DNA of 63,140 bases, counting the filler, from Octopus bimaculoides (lineage: Eukaryota): the NCBI RefSeq assembly GCF_001194135.2. It is 5 parts of 4 records of this genome, joined end to end, with 100 filler letters (N's around TTAATTAATTAA, not from the genome) between each part and the next. Parts side by side here need not be neighbours in the genome. Positions count along the whole stretch, not along the records: positions 1 to 31,401 come from NC_068991.1; 4 more parts are not named here. The stretch is one strand, 5' to 3'. The position numbers and the translations under genes are program-made. Numbering within the stretch: the first letter of the stretch is position 1; every line of letters begins with the position of its first letter. Of this stretch, positions 14,281 through 26,084 are shown one piece after another. The notes beneath the pieces were generated by a model. It ran no database searches. It saw nothing but the letters and a program-made list of their open reading frames with translations, and had not been told where the DNA came from.

Positions 14281-14900
14281 GAAGTTCTGAAGCAGCTACA
14301 ATCGGGGGTTGAGGTAACAGCGATGTTTGGAAAAAAGCTTGGATCTAGAAGTCCAGATATTTCTGGATCCTAGTGGCAAATCGGTTATGAACAGCGAAAA
14401 AAACAAAGTGTCATTGCTTTCAGAGTAGTAGTCGTCTATTTCCCAACCAGCGAAGAGGATCCGAACTTCCTCTGACATCTAGAAGCGTCCTGGGGAACTC
14501 CTTGCCTTTTAGTACTACTAGGGTACTGGAATGAGAGTCCAGACGCTCCCGAGTAAGGGCCGTGAATTTAGAGGAAAGGAGAAAGATTATCAAAGTCTCG
14601 TAAACATGATCAAATAGTTCGAGTTTTGTGATAGATTCTGATGTGGTTTCACATATTCACCGAAGGAAACATGACGCAACCATATAGAGACATCCAGGTA
14701 GTGCCTAGAGAGAGAATTTTTAGGTCACTAGTAATCGTTAGCTTGTGGTATCCACAAATTTAGTCGTCAGTGACGTGTAATCTAAATTGTACACCTCGAT
14801 AGAAAGTGCGGATATCGACCCGGTATTTCAAAGCAGAGCTTATTGATTCTGCTGAACAGTACATACAACGATTAAATTAAAGTATTAGCTAAGTGACAGC
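14281..14900 (+). mobile_element. Tx1/L1-type LINE ORF2 AP-endonuclease fragment, heavily decayed
   Basis: LEKSLDLEVQIFLDPSGK, AFRVVVVYFPT, LVLLGYWN, SLVNMIK*FEFCDRF...SR*CLE; collinear with the copy at 40480-41000. Confidence 0.7.
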
Positions 14901-15060
14901 TGATGGGGTTGATGGTCAAAAAACGGTACTGAGGCGTTCTTCGATGGGCTCAGCTGACAGGGGTACACCGTATCAGTAGAAAAAATGCGTCAAATACTGA
15001 CCTGTGGTATCGTATAAACCTCTCATCTTAAAACCGTTTAACAGAAAGCATTAGTAAAGA

Positions 15061-15234
15061 AGTTCTGAGTTCAAATTCCGCCGAGGTCGACTTTGCCTTT
15101 CATCTTTTCAGAGTCGATACATTAAGTACCAGTTACGCACTGGGGTCGATGTAATCGACTTAATCCGTTTGTCTGTTCTTGTTTGTCCCCTCTGTGTTTA
15201 GCCTCTTGTGGGCAATAAAGAAATAAGAAAGCAT
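15061..15234 (+). mobile_element. SINE family B, 5'-truncated
   Basis: Family B body and tail; agaaagcat occurs on both sides (partial TSD, 3' side cut by a gap). Confidence 0.85.
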
Positions 15235-15381
15235 NNNNNNNNNNNNNNNNNNNNNNNNNNNNNNNNNNNNNNNNNNNNNNNNNNNNNNNNNNNNNNNNNN
15301 NNNGAAAACTAGTCAACTATTGAGATGGATGATATTGATTAACCCCTTCCTAAAGAATTGATGTTTTGTGACCGAAGTTAG

Positions 15382-15415
<34 letters not shown>

Positions 15416-15449
15416 TTCTATATTTAAGAGATGAGAAATTATGTACATT

Positions 15450-15618
15450 ATTTACTTTATTTACATTCGACGGATATTTGTCCTCATCTTGTTTGTTGTT
15501 AACACAACATTTCGGCTGATATACCCTCCAGCCTTCTACGCCATATACCCACGGGCATATGGCGTAGTAGTTAAGAGCGCGGGCTACTAACCCCAAGATT
15601 CCAAGCAGTGACCTGAAC

Positions 15619-15652
<34 letters not shown>

Positions 15653-15806
15653 TCGAAAAATACCTTAGGAATGAGAACCCAGGCTCGAAATTTCCCCCAG
15701 ATCACCTGAAGAAGGATGGAGGGTATATCAGCCGAAACGCTGTGTTAACAACAAATAAGATGAGGACAAATATCCGTCGAATGTAAACAATGTAAATAAT
15801 ATAGAT
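15450..15806 (+). mobile_element. Family E: tRNA-like head + (AAT)n + minimal hammerhead core, preceded by an inverted internally deleted copy
   Basis: A box tggcgtagtag at 15560-15570; CTGAAGA 15706-15712; GAAAC 15734-15738; inverted copy at ~15450-15550. Confidence 0.7.
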
Positions 15807-15809
15807 TAA

Positions 15810-15864
<55 letters not shown>

Positions 15865-15866
<2 letters not shown>

Positions 15867-16270
15867 GTGAGAGAGCAGTGCATGCCATCAAAATGACACT
15901 GGGGTACAAATATAAGAAGCCCAGTATACCCATCATGACTACCCGTCTGATAAGGGTACACCAGGCACGTGCATCACAACCATATGTGCGCGACATAGTG
16001 ATCTCATATCAAGATAAACAACGCATGACCTCGCAAGTGGGGCCGAATTAGAATTTTCTTCAGATCGAGTAGCCCATCCTGCTTAAAAGATCTCTGAATA
16101 AGAGTTGCTTAAAGATGTTGAACGAAACAGCCATGTTTCCAGAGGTGAATTATCTAAACCCCAAATGATTCCTCTCAACACATGACTATGATGCTCCCCA
16201 ACTACTTCTGCTCGTGATCAGGGATGCACATATCGTCAGCCACTAAGAGACATGATCAACTGGTTAAGGT
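15865..16270 (-). repeat. Second copy of the (AAT)-tailed interspersed repeat at 1-356
   Basis: The near-identical MSRTYGCDA... pseudo-ORFs at 224-433 and 15745-15996 reflect the homology. Confidence 0.85.
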
Positions 16271-16365
16271 CAAACAAATGACAAGCAAATCTGTGGTACT
16301 GAGCAGAATGTTTGCTGTAGCCCATCTTTTATACCAAGACAAAGTAATGTACATCATTATTATTA

Positions 16366-16439
<74 letters not shown>

Positions 16440-16444
16440 TACTT

Positions 16445-16880
16445 TTAATCTGCATGTTTGTTACAATCACTTGCCGAGACACACCCAGCGTCCAAGGGCG
16501 AGTGAAGGATAAGAGTTGTTACAGTATGACTGAAAACTTTGGGAGGGGAGGTAGTGAAATACCTTGATGTAATACAACACAGATATTTAAATTGAAAGTG
16601 TTTTTCTAAGGATGTGGGCAGTATTTGTCAGCACAATCTTTTGGGTTTCTCTGAGACATGGTTCTCCTGGGATATTACCTAGATGTTTCTAACATCCCTT
16701 TCTTATACCTAGGGAACTCACAATNNNNNNNNNNCCCTTTCTTATACCTAGGGAACTCACAATAACACGAACAGTTCACGCTTTAAGATGCCACATCTTT
16801 TGTATTTCAATTTCCAGGTCCTTATACTTACTTAATTTATCAAATTCCTTTACAGATATATTTTTATCAGTGGGAACATT
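16445..16880 (-). mobile_element. R4/Dong-clade LINE 3' fragment
   Basis: VPTDKNISVKEFDKLSKYKDLEIEIQKMWHLKA*TVPVIVSSLG; the 3' end abuts the (ATT)n tract at ~16350-16440. Confidence 0.8.
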
Positions 16881-16914
16881 TATTTTTAAATTCAGATGCA
16901 CAAACAAAACTTTA

Positions 16915-17371
16915 TTAATCAAAATAAACTCCAACAGAATGAACACACTTTTGCCAACGCGAAACAAGTTTATTTATGCCAGTAGCGTAAAAATCTTGCG
17001 TTCTGGTGGCGATGAAGTCGTTGAAGGCGTGTTTGGCATCGTCTTGATTTTTGAAGCATTTCTCACGCAGGAAGTTGCCGAGATGCTTGAAAAAGTGGTA
17101 GTCGGTAGGCGAGAGGTCTGGTGAGTATGGCGGATGAGGCAGAGTTTCGTAGCCCAATTCGTTCAACTTCTGTAGAGTCAGTTGTGCGACATGCGGCCGA
17201 GCGTTGTCGTGGAGAAGAATTGGTCCTTTTCTATTAACCAATGCTATCTGTTGTTGTCGGAGTTTCTTATGCATTTCATCCATTTGCTGACAGTACTTCT
17301 CCGCCGTAATGGTTTCGCCTGGATCCAAAAATCTGTGATGGATGAGACCGGCCGCAGACCACCAATCAATC
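16915..17371 (-). mobile_element. Mariner transposase C-terminal half, Hsmar1/cecropia-like; 5' part lost in a gap
   Basis: WWSAAGLIH..LDPGETIT, LLHDNARPHV, HPPYSPDLSPTDYHFFKHL, SRWQKCV...YFD*; no stop in the visible frame. Confidence 0.93.
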
Positions 17372-18215
17372 NNNNNNNNNNNNNNNNNNNNNNNNNNNNN
17401 NNNNNNNNNNNNNNNNNNNNNNNNNNNNNNNNNNNNNNNNNNNNNNNNNNNNNNNNNNNNNNNNNNNNNNNNNNNNNNNNNNNNNNNNNNNNNNNNNNNN
17501 NNNNNNNNNNNNNNNNNNNNNNNNNNNNNNNNNNNNNNNNNNNNNNNNNNNNNNNNNNNNNNNNNNNNNNNNNNNNNNNNNNNNNNNNNNNNNNNNNNNN
17601 NNNNNNNNNNNNNNNNNNNNNNNNNNNNNNNNNNNNNNNNNNNNNNNNNNNNNNNNNNNNNNNNNNNNNNNNNNNNNNNNNNNNNNNNNNNNNNNNNNNN
17701 NNNNNNNNNNNNNNNNNNNNNNNNNNNNNNNNNNNNNNNNNNNNNNNNNNNNNNNNNNNNNNNNNNNNNNNNNNNNNNNNNNNNNNNNNNNNNNNNNNNN
17801 NNNNNNNNNNNNNNNNNNNNNNNNNNNNNNNNNNNNNNNNNNNNNNNNNNNNNNNNNNNNNNNNNNNNNNNNNNNNNNNNNNNNNNNNNNNNNNNNNNNN
17901 NNNNNNNNNNNNNNNNNNNNNNNNNNNNNNNNNNNNNNNNNNNNNNNNNNNNNNNNNNNNNNNNNNATGTCCTAATTATGCAAAAAGAAAAAGAGTAATA
18001 CGATTAGTTAGAGCGAAACACGGGCTTTAAAATGATATATGAAGTCAAAGTAATTTAGCGAAAATTAATATGAAAATACATCATTTAATACCAAAATTAA
18101 AAGTTCAGCAAGAACATATATATATATATATATATATAAGTGTATATTTTTTAGCATATAAACTCTTATTTACCGTACTGTTTGTGTTATGTCATATGAT
18201 CTTTCCCTCTCTCAT

Positions 18216-18270
<55 letters not shown>

Positions 18271-19960
18271 TCTCTTTCTGTGTCTGTGTGTGTGTGTGTT
18301 TAAGTGAACATTTTATTTATCTATATTTTCACCTGTATATTGAACGTACGTGTGAATGTGAAGCAGCTTTATCATCTGCCTATCAATCTATCTATGTCTC
18401 TGTCTTCTATTTATCAATCAATCAATCACTCAATCAATCACTCTATCTATCTATCTATACATCTATCTATATTGCTATCTATCTATCAATCTATCTGTCA
18501 GTCTATTGTACTGAAACGCACCCTCATTTTTCTTTCACATCTCTTTTTTAATATATTTACCTCAATTATCAACGCACTCCGCACGTATATACAACCGTAT
18601 ACGTCAGTACACACACACACACACACGCACGCACACACACACATACACACGCACACACAACCATGAATCTCAAATGACGCACTTACACTAACGAAAACGT
18701 GATATATTTTCAAACACATATATGTCCTCATACAGTCAAGCACACACACACACACNNNNNNNNNNNNNNNNNNNNNNNNNNNNNNNNNNNNNNNNNNNNN
18801 NNNNNNNNNNNNNNNNNNNNNNNNNNNNNNNNNNNNNNNNNNNNNNNNNNNNNNNNNNNNNNNNNNNNNNNNNNNNNNNNNNNNNNNNNNNNNNNNNNNN
18901 NNNNNNNNNNNNNNNNNNNNNNNNNNNNNNNNNNNNNNNNNNNNNNNNNNNNNNNNNNNNNNNNNNNNNNNNNNNNNNNNNNNNNNNNNNNNNNNNNNNN
19001 NNNNNNNNNNNNNNNNNNNNNNNNNNNNNNNNNNNNNNNNNNNNNNNNNNNNNNNNNNNNNNNNNNNNNNNNNNNNNNNNNNNNNNNNNNNNNNNNNNNN
19101 NNNNNNNNNNNNNNNNNNNNNNNNNNNNNNNNNNNNNNNNNNNNNNNNNNNNNNNNNNNNNNNNNNNNNNNNNNNNNNNNNNNNNNNNNNNNNNNNNNNN
19201 NNNNNNNNNNNNNNNNNNNNNNNNNNNNNNNNNNNNNNNNNNNNNNNNNNNNNNNNNNNNNNNNNNNNNNNNNNNNNNNNNNNNNNNNNNNNNNNNNNNN
19301 NNNNNNNNNNNNNNNNNNNNNNNNNNNNNNNNNNNNNNNNNNNNNNNNNNNNNNNNNNNNNNNNNNNNNNNNNNNNNNNNNNNNNNNNNNNNNNNNNNNN
19401 NNNNNNNNNNNNNNNNNNNNNNNNNAGCCAAAAGAAAAAAAAACAAAAAAAAACAAAGAAAACAAAAAAAGAATCAACGGCAACAAAAATAGCAACAAGA
19501 ACGATGTGAGTAGATGTTGTTTTTGTTTGTGTCTTTGTTTTCGTCCTGTTTATTTCTTTATTTCTGCACGATTCTAACCATTCTGTCCACCACAAAACAC
19601 CAACTACAGGAACAACTTAATGCCTTCAACACCGACAACACCAGCACAACAATGATCACAACAACAACAACAACAACAACAACGACAACGAACATCTATC
19701 TAAACCCCAATACTCCGACCATTATGGCGGTTCTACCCCCAACTAGACATAGCAGCTTAATCGCTTTCAAATCTCTCCCCTTTATTCTCTAAGAAAAGGT
19801 AGAGGACATTGGATAATGTAATCCAAGATTACCGTCAGAATAAAACACATCTTGCTGCTGCTGCTGCTGCTGCTGCTGCTTGATTGCTGCTATTGATGAC
19901 TGTGCTCACTAAGGGCTACTCTGGGTTAAAAAACAATATATAACAATATATATATATATA

Positions 19961-20123
19961 TAGGTGCAGCGTGGCTGTTTGGTAGGAAGCTTGCTTCCCG
20001 GCCGCACGGTTCCGGGTTCAGTCCCACTGCGTAGCACCTTGGGCAAGTGTCTTCTAATAAAGCCTCGGGCCGACCAAAGCCTTGCGAATGGATTTGGGAG
20101 ACGAAAACTGAAAGAAGCCCGTC

Positions 20124-20167
<44 letters not shown>

Positions 20168-20370
20168 TTGTGTGTCTGTGTGTATATCTGTGTCTCTGTG
20201 CTTGTCCCCCACCACCACCATCGCCTGGCAACCGATGTTGCTGTGTTTACTTCCACGTAACTTAGCGGTTCGGCATAAGAAAACGAAAGAATAATTACTA
20301 GGCTTACAAAGAATAAGTCCTTGTGTTCCAGCATGGCCGCAGGCAAATGACCGAAACAAGCAAATGATTA
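19961..20370 (+). mobile_element. SINE family A
   Basis: Full head, internal (TA)n, 3' module ending gaccgaaacaagcaaa. Confidence 0.9.
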
Positions 20371-20440
20371 ATAATACAACAGAAACTACCACAAGCCCAT
20401 GAAACAATAGAAACGTTGCATTAATAGTACTAGTAACATC

Positions 20441-20755
20441 TTTTCTATTCTAGGCACAAGGCCCGGAATTTTGCGGGAGGGAGCCAGTCGATTAGATCGA
20501 CGCCAGTACGCAACTGGTACTTAATTTCTCGATCCCGAAAGGATGAAAGGCAAAGTCGAATTCGGTGGAATTCAGAACGTAGCACAAGAAATACCGCTAA
20601 GCATTTCGCCCGGCGTTCTGAGTTCCGCCGAGGTCGACTTTACCTGTCATCTTTTCGGGGTCGATAAATAAGGTACAAGTTGCGTACTGGGGTCGATCTA
20701 ATCGACTGGCCCCCTCCCCAAAAATTTCGGGCCTTGTGCCTAGAGCAGAAAAGAA
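20441..20755. mobile_element. Head-to-head inverted pair of family B SINEs
   Basis: Minus copy 20441-20615 directly abuts plus copy 20616-20755. Confidence 0.85.
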
Positions 20756-20760
20756 TAATG

Positions 20761-20960
20761 AAGATAGTTTCTAACTTAGGGAGAGGGCCAGCAATTCTGA
20801 AAAATGGTTTAGTCGATTACATCGACTCCAGTACATGACAGGTACTTTATTTTATCGACCCTGAAATGGACGAATGACAAAAATGGTCTCGGCAGGATTT
20901 GATCTTAAAATGTAAAGATCCAAAAAAAAAAAAATACAAAACATCTTTTGCCTCGCGCTC
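20761..20960 (-). mobile_element. SINE family B, degenerate
   Basis: agtcgattacatcgactccagt...ggtactttattttatcgaccc. Confidence 0.65.
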
Positions 20961-21911
20961 TAATGATTTTTCCAGCTGTCTGCTTTTAAACCCTTAACTA
21001 CCAAATCATTTTATTCATATTTTTGGTTTTTGCCAGGTGTCTTAGGAGTTAAAATAATGTATAGTATTTAAATTTTCTTCATATGTAAATTATTTAGGAA
21101 ATTATGATAATTTTTTCGAAAAGTCCCCAATGTGGATCGCTGAAAAAAAGCAAATTTATCCTTTTCTGTTCAATTGCAATAATATACACCTTAGGTTTTT
21201 TTGTTTTTTNNNNNNNNNNNNNNNNNNNNNNNNNNNNNNNNNNNNNNNNNNNNNNNNNNNNNNNNNNNNNNNNNNNNNNNNNNNNNNNNNNNNNNNNNNN
21301 NNNNNNNNNNNNNNNNNNNNNNNNNNNNNNNNNNNNNNNNNNNNNNNNNNNNNNNNNNNNNNNNNNNNNNNNNNNNNNNNNNNNNNNNNNNNNNNNNNNN
21401 NNNNNNNNNNNNNNNNNNNNNNNNNNNNNNNNNNNNNNNNNNNNNNNNNNNNNNNNNNNNNNNNNNNNNNNNNNNNNNNNNNNNNNNNNNNNNNNNNNNN
21501 NNNNNNNNNNNNNNNNNNNNNNNNNNNNNNNNNNNNNNNNNNNNNNNNNNNNNNNNNNNNNNNNNNNNNNNNNNNNNNNNNNNNNNNNNNNNNNNNNNNN
21601 NNNNNNNNNNNNNNNNNNNNNNNNNNNNNNNNNNNNNNNNNNNNNNNNNNNNNNNNNNNNNNNNNNNNNNNNNNNNNNNNNNNNNNNNNNNNNNNNNNNN
21701 NNNNNNNNNNNNNNNNNNNNNNNNNNNNNNNNNNNNNNNNNNNNNNNNNNNNNNNNNNNNNNNTTTGTTTTGCTTTTTTTTTTGTTGAAAGCCATTGAAC
21801 TCACTGGCCTAGAATGGCCCGAAGCTACCAAGTTTCGCTAAAATAGCCAGATTAGATAAAACACGTTGACCACATTTCAGCTGCCCGCTACCACCATCAC
21901 CACCAAGGAAA

Positions 21912-21946
<35 letters not shown>

Positions 21947-22080
21947 ATGGTGAACGAGATTTCCATGTTAAGAACGACGAGGCAGCGCTTCTAATTAGAA
22001 AGGCTAATCATTGAATGCCTCATTAGGCAAAAGTTTTGGCATTTATTTTTCTTGCCTGCAATCCAGAATGTGCATGTATG

Positions 22081-22114
<34 letters not shown>

Positions 22115-22125
22115 TGTATGTATGT

Positions 22126-22159
<34 letters not shown>

Positions 22160-23064
22160 TTGCGTAGGCATGCGTGCATAAATGGACGTCTGTATACATG
22201 TATGCGTCTGTATGTGTGCGTGGATGTGTATATGTGTGTGTGTGTGTATGTAATATGTGAGTATGCAAAGATTATATCTACATGTATGTACGCGTGCATG
22301 TACGTGGTTGGGCTTGTGCGTATGCATGCGTAATTGAACGGATGTTTGTATATGTGAATGTGTGTGTGTTTGTATGTGTATGTATTTATGCGTGCGAATG
22401 GATGTGCGTACGTATGTATATATGTGCGTGTATGCATGGCAGGATAGGTGAATGCATGCATGTATCTACGTGTGGACAGATGTGCTGCTGGATATTGATT
22501 TGTACATATGTATGTGCCTATGAACGCATGTCTGTGCCGAAACGTTCCTGGTTTTAAGGGTCTCGATAAAGGCTTGGCTAGAGGCCCAACCTTCCGAATT
22601 TTTGCACAGGGCTTACAAAAACTGAAGGACCGCTGCCATACGTGTGTGAATTTGAGAGCGGAGTATGTTGAACAAAATCATAATTAACTGATCCTCTTCT
22701 ATTTTCTTTTACCCAAAGCCAGGAACTTTTCAGCAGCCCCTCGTGCGTATATATATATATATATATATACAGGGTGGGCCAAAAATAGGTTTACAGTTAT
22801 TCAACTATCTCTTTCACATTCATATATTAACTGTTAAAATCTTAATTATAAAAAAATATGAAACCATTATTCTATATATATATATAGGGAGAATTCACAA
22901 AAAAACAAAAGACGAAGACAGGTGGTGTAGGCAACAAATAGATGTATTAGTAAAACGCTCGGGAATTGAAAAAGTCTTTAACGTTTCGAGCCTACACTCT
23001 TCCACAAAGGAACACAGAAACAAAGAAAGAAAAAATGTGTGTACTGGTTAGCCATCTATCATGG

Positions 23065-23097
<33 letters not shown>

Positions 23098-23309
23098 GGA
23101 TATATACATGTCTAATCTAGTGATTCTAGAGATGGTCATGAGACGGTTACATCCCCTGTCAGTGTATATATATTACGCTCTTCTTAGTTCATTAAGAGTT
23201 TTTGACGCTTATTTCTAGCAATGTAGATACTCCAGCATCTATAGTCACAATGTCAATTAAAATTTTCATTTATGACATTACATTGCGCCTAGCTATTTAT
23301 ATAAATTAC

Positions 23310-23350
<41 letters not shown>

Positions 23351-23899
23351 NNNNNNNNNNNNNNNNNNNNNNNNNNNNNNNNNNNNNNNNNNNNNNNNNN
23401 NNNNNNNNNNNNNNNNNNNNNNNNNNNNNNNNNNNNNNNNNNNNNNNNNNNNNNNNNNNNNNNNNNNNNNNNNNNNNNNNNNNNNNNNNNNNNNNNNNNN
23501 NNNNNNNNNNNNNNNNNNNNNNNNNNNNNNNNNNNNNNNNNNNNNNNNNNNNNNNNNNNNNNNNNNNNNNNNNNNNNNNNNNNNNNNNNNNNNNNNNNNN
23601 NNNNNNNNNNNNNNNNNNNNNNNNNNNNNNNNNNNNNNNNNNNNNNNNNNNNNNNNNNNNNNNNNNNNNNNNNNNNNNNNNNNNNNNNNNNNNNNNNNNN
23701 NNNNNNNNNNNNNNNNNNNNNNNNNNNNNNNNNNNNNNNNNNNNNNNNNNNNNNNNNNNNNNNNNNNNNNNNNNNNNNNNNNNNNNNNNNNNNNNNNNNN
23801 NNNNNNNNNNNNNNNNNNNNNNNNNNNNNNNNNNNNNNNNNNNNNNNNNNNNNNNNNNNNNNNNNNNNNNNNNNNNNNNNNNNNNNNNNNNNNNNNNNN

Positions 23900-24183
23900 G
23901 GGCGTTGTGAGTGTTTATTGAGCGAAAACACCTAAAGCTCCACGAGGCTCCGGCAGGGGGTGGTGGCGAACCCTGCTGTACTCTTTCACCACAACTTTCT
24001 CTCACACTGTAATTCAAAGGGCCAGCCTTGCCACACTGTGTCACGCTGAATCTCCCCGAGAACTACGTTAAGGGTACACATGTCTATGGAGTGCTCAGCT
24101 ACTTGCACGTTAATTTTACGAGCAGGCTGTTCCGTTGATCGGATCAACTGGAACCCTCGACGTCGTAACCGACGGAGTGCCAC
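23900..24183 (+). mobile_element. SINE family D, head in gap
   Basis: gggcgttgtgagtgtttattgagcgaaaacacc...gacggagtgccac. Confidence 0.88.
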
Positions 24184-24447
24184 GATGTGGATGCTGTTAA
24201 TGCTGCTGTTGTGTAGCAACGGCCGCTGCTGTCAGTGCTGCTGCTGCTGTTCGGCTAGTATAGTTTATATCCTATAAAGCAGTGTTTCTCAGTCGAAGGC
24301 CATATCAGCCTTGGAGGTCCATATAAGATTTTGTTGTTAAAATTCATCTGCAATAAATTGGTTATACATCCACAATACACAAAGTGTTTTTAAAATTTCT
24401 TTTTATACAATTCCTAATAGTATCGCCCTTCTCTTATTGAAAGCCAT

Positions 24448-24511
<64 letters not shown>

Positions 24512-24514
24512 TGT

Positions 24515-24615
24515 GTGTCTTTCTATTTGTTCCCCACCACCGCTTGACAACCGGTGGTGGCTTGTTTAGGTCCCCGTAACCTAGCGGTTTGGCAAAAGAG
24601 AAAATAGAATCAATA
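24515..24615 (+). mobile_element. SINE family A, 3' module only
   Basis: ccaccgcttgacaaccggtgg...ccccgtaacctagcggtttggcaaaag after (AG)n(GT)n. Confidence 0.75.
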
Positions 24616-25309
24616 TTTGGCTAACAGTTGCATACATCTATGCAACCATTATCATTGAAAGGTCATACACTGTTTCAAATCTAAATTGTTCTTCCTTCCA
24701 TTGAATTTAATGCCAAATTTCTGCAAAATTATTGACTTCGTTTGTTTTAAAAACATTTACCTTAAGCAATTTTGCACCTGTGAGTTTAAAATAGAAATTT
24801 TCAACTTCATTCAATTTATGAAAAAAAGACATAATTTCTAATATTTCTAATATAAACATGCTCCTGTTTGGAATCGGAAATTTTTGCTCGTTTTCATTTT
24901 CATTCAACTAAGAAAGAGTTGAAATATTTTAATAATTATTCAGCTTGTTGCTCCCAAATACGCTGCAATGTTTCTCTTGTGAGATTTCGTTTTAGAATAG
25001 ATAATTTTCATTTTTTGCCTATGCGAACGTTCACTGTTTTCAATTATCAGATTCTTGTTTAGATATTTCTATTCCGCTCATTGACCAATTACTTCAGAAT
25101 TACTAAGTTACATGAAAATGGTCTAAAATTGTTCACTTAAAAAGATTCTGCATCTGTTAAAACTTCAAAAATTCAGTTCCTTTAACTTTGGGAAAATGGA
25201 ATTATATTCCTTATTTGTGTTTTAGGTTTCAAATACGCTTAGAGAGGAATTTTATGTTAAATACATGCCTAATCATAAGAATCGAATTTTTTCTACGTTG
25301 GCAGAGTCG

Positions 25310-25470
25310 CTATCACGTCGAACAAAATGCTTGGCAGCCTTTTCTTTCGGTTCTTTACGTCCTGAGCTCAAATCCCACCGAAGTCAACTTTGCTTTTCTT
25401 CCTTACGTGGTTGATAAAATATGGTAGAATCAATGTAATCGATTTCTCTCTTCTCCTCCAGATTCGTGGC
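25310..25470 (+). mobile_element. SINE family B, degenerate
   Basis: aaaatgcttggcagc...gagctcaaatcccaccgaagtcaactttgc. Confidence 0.6.
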
Positions 25471-26006
25471 CTTGAACCATCAAACGGGCCGGGTCCTGTT
25501 CAGAGTAACTGGTTTCTGTCACCTATATGCCATGTAACTCGGACAATCAGCTTTATAAGTCGGGCTCAAGAAAAAAAATTAAAATGTATATTGTATTTGC
25601 AGTTTTCAATCGTATTTGCATTTAGATTGTTCAAAGCTAGTCTGAGCATTTTTATTAACCATATTATTGTCTAAGCAAAAGTCATTTATGTAGTGATACA
25701 ATGTTATGAACCGAGCAATCATTACTGGAACCGAACAATCATTATGAACCGAACAATCATTACAGTGGGTTATGAATTAATAAATTTATATACGGAGTAT
25801 TTTCTATTTGTGCTTAGTCTCGTTCGTTTATTCTCCATATTGGGATTCTTTGTATGTAGAACTAAACACATGTGTATAATAATCCGAGTTTCAATTCTGT
25901 ATATGGTTATTATCAGCAAAGCATATGCTGTAGCTTTTTCCGAAGGAAGACAACGAGTGTGAAGAAAGAGTATGCTGACAATCACGTTTTTGAAAATTTA
26001 TTTGCA

Positions 26007-26084
<78 letters not shown>

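Noticed and set aside
16697-16763. Direct repeat ccctttcttatacctagggaactcacaat flanking a 10-N gap
   Set aside because: Typical unmerged contig overlap.
2632-25768. Short tandem triplications (gtgtgatttcatga x3 at ~2632; gaaccgaacaatcatta x3 at ~25725)
   Set aside because: Ordinary slippage duplications with no further structure.
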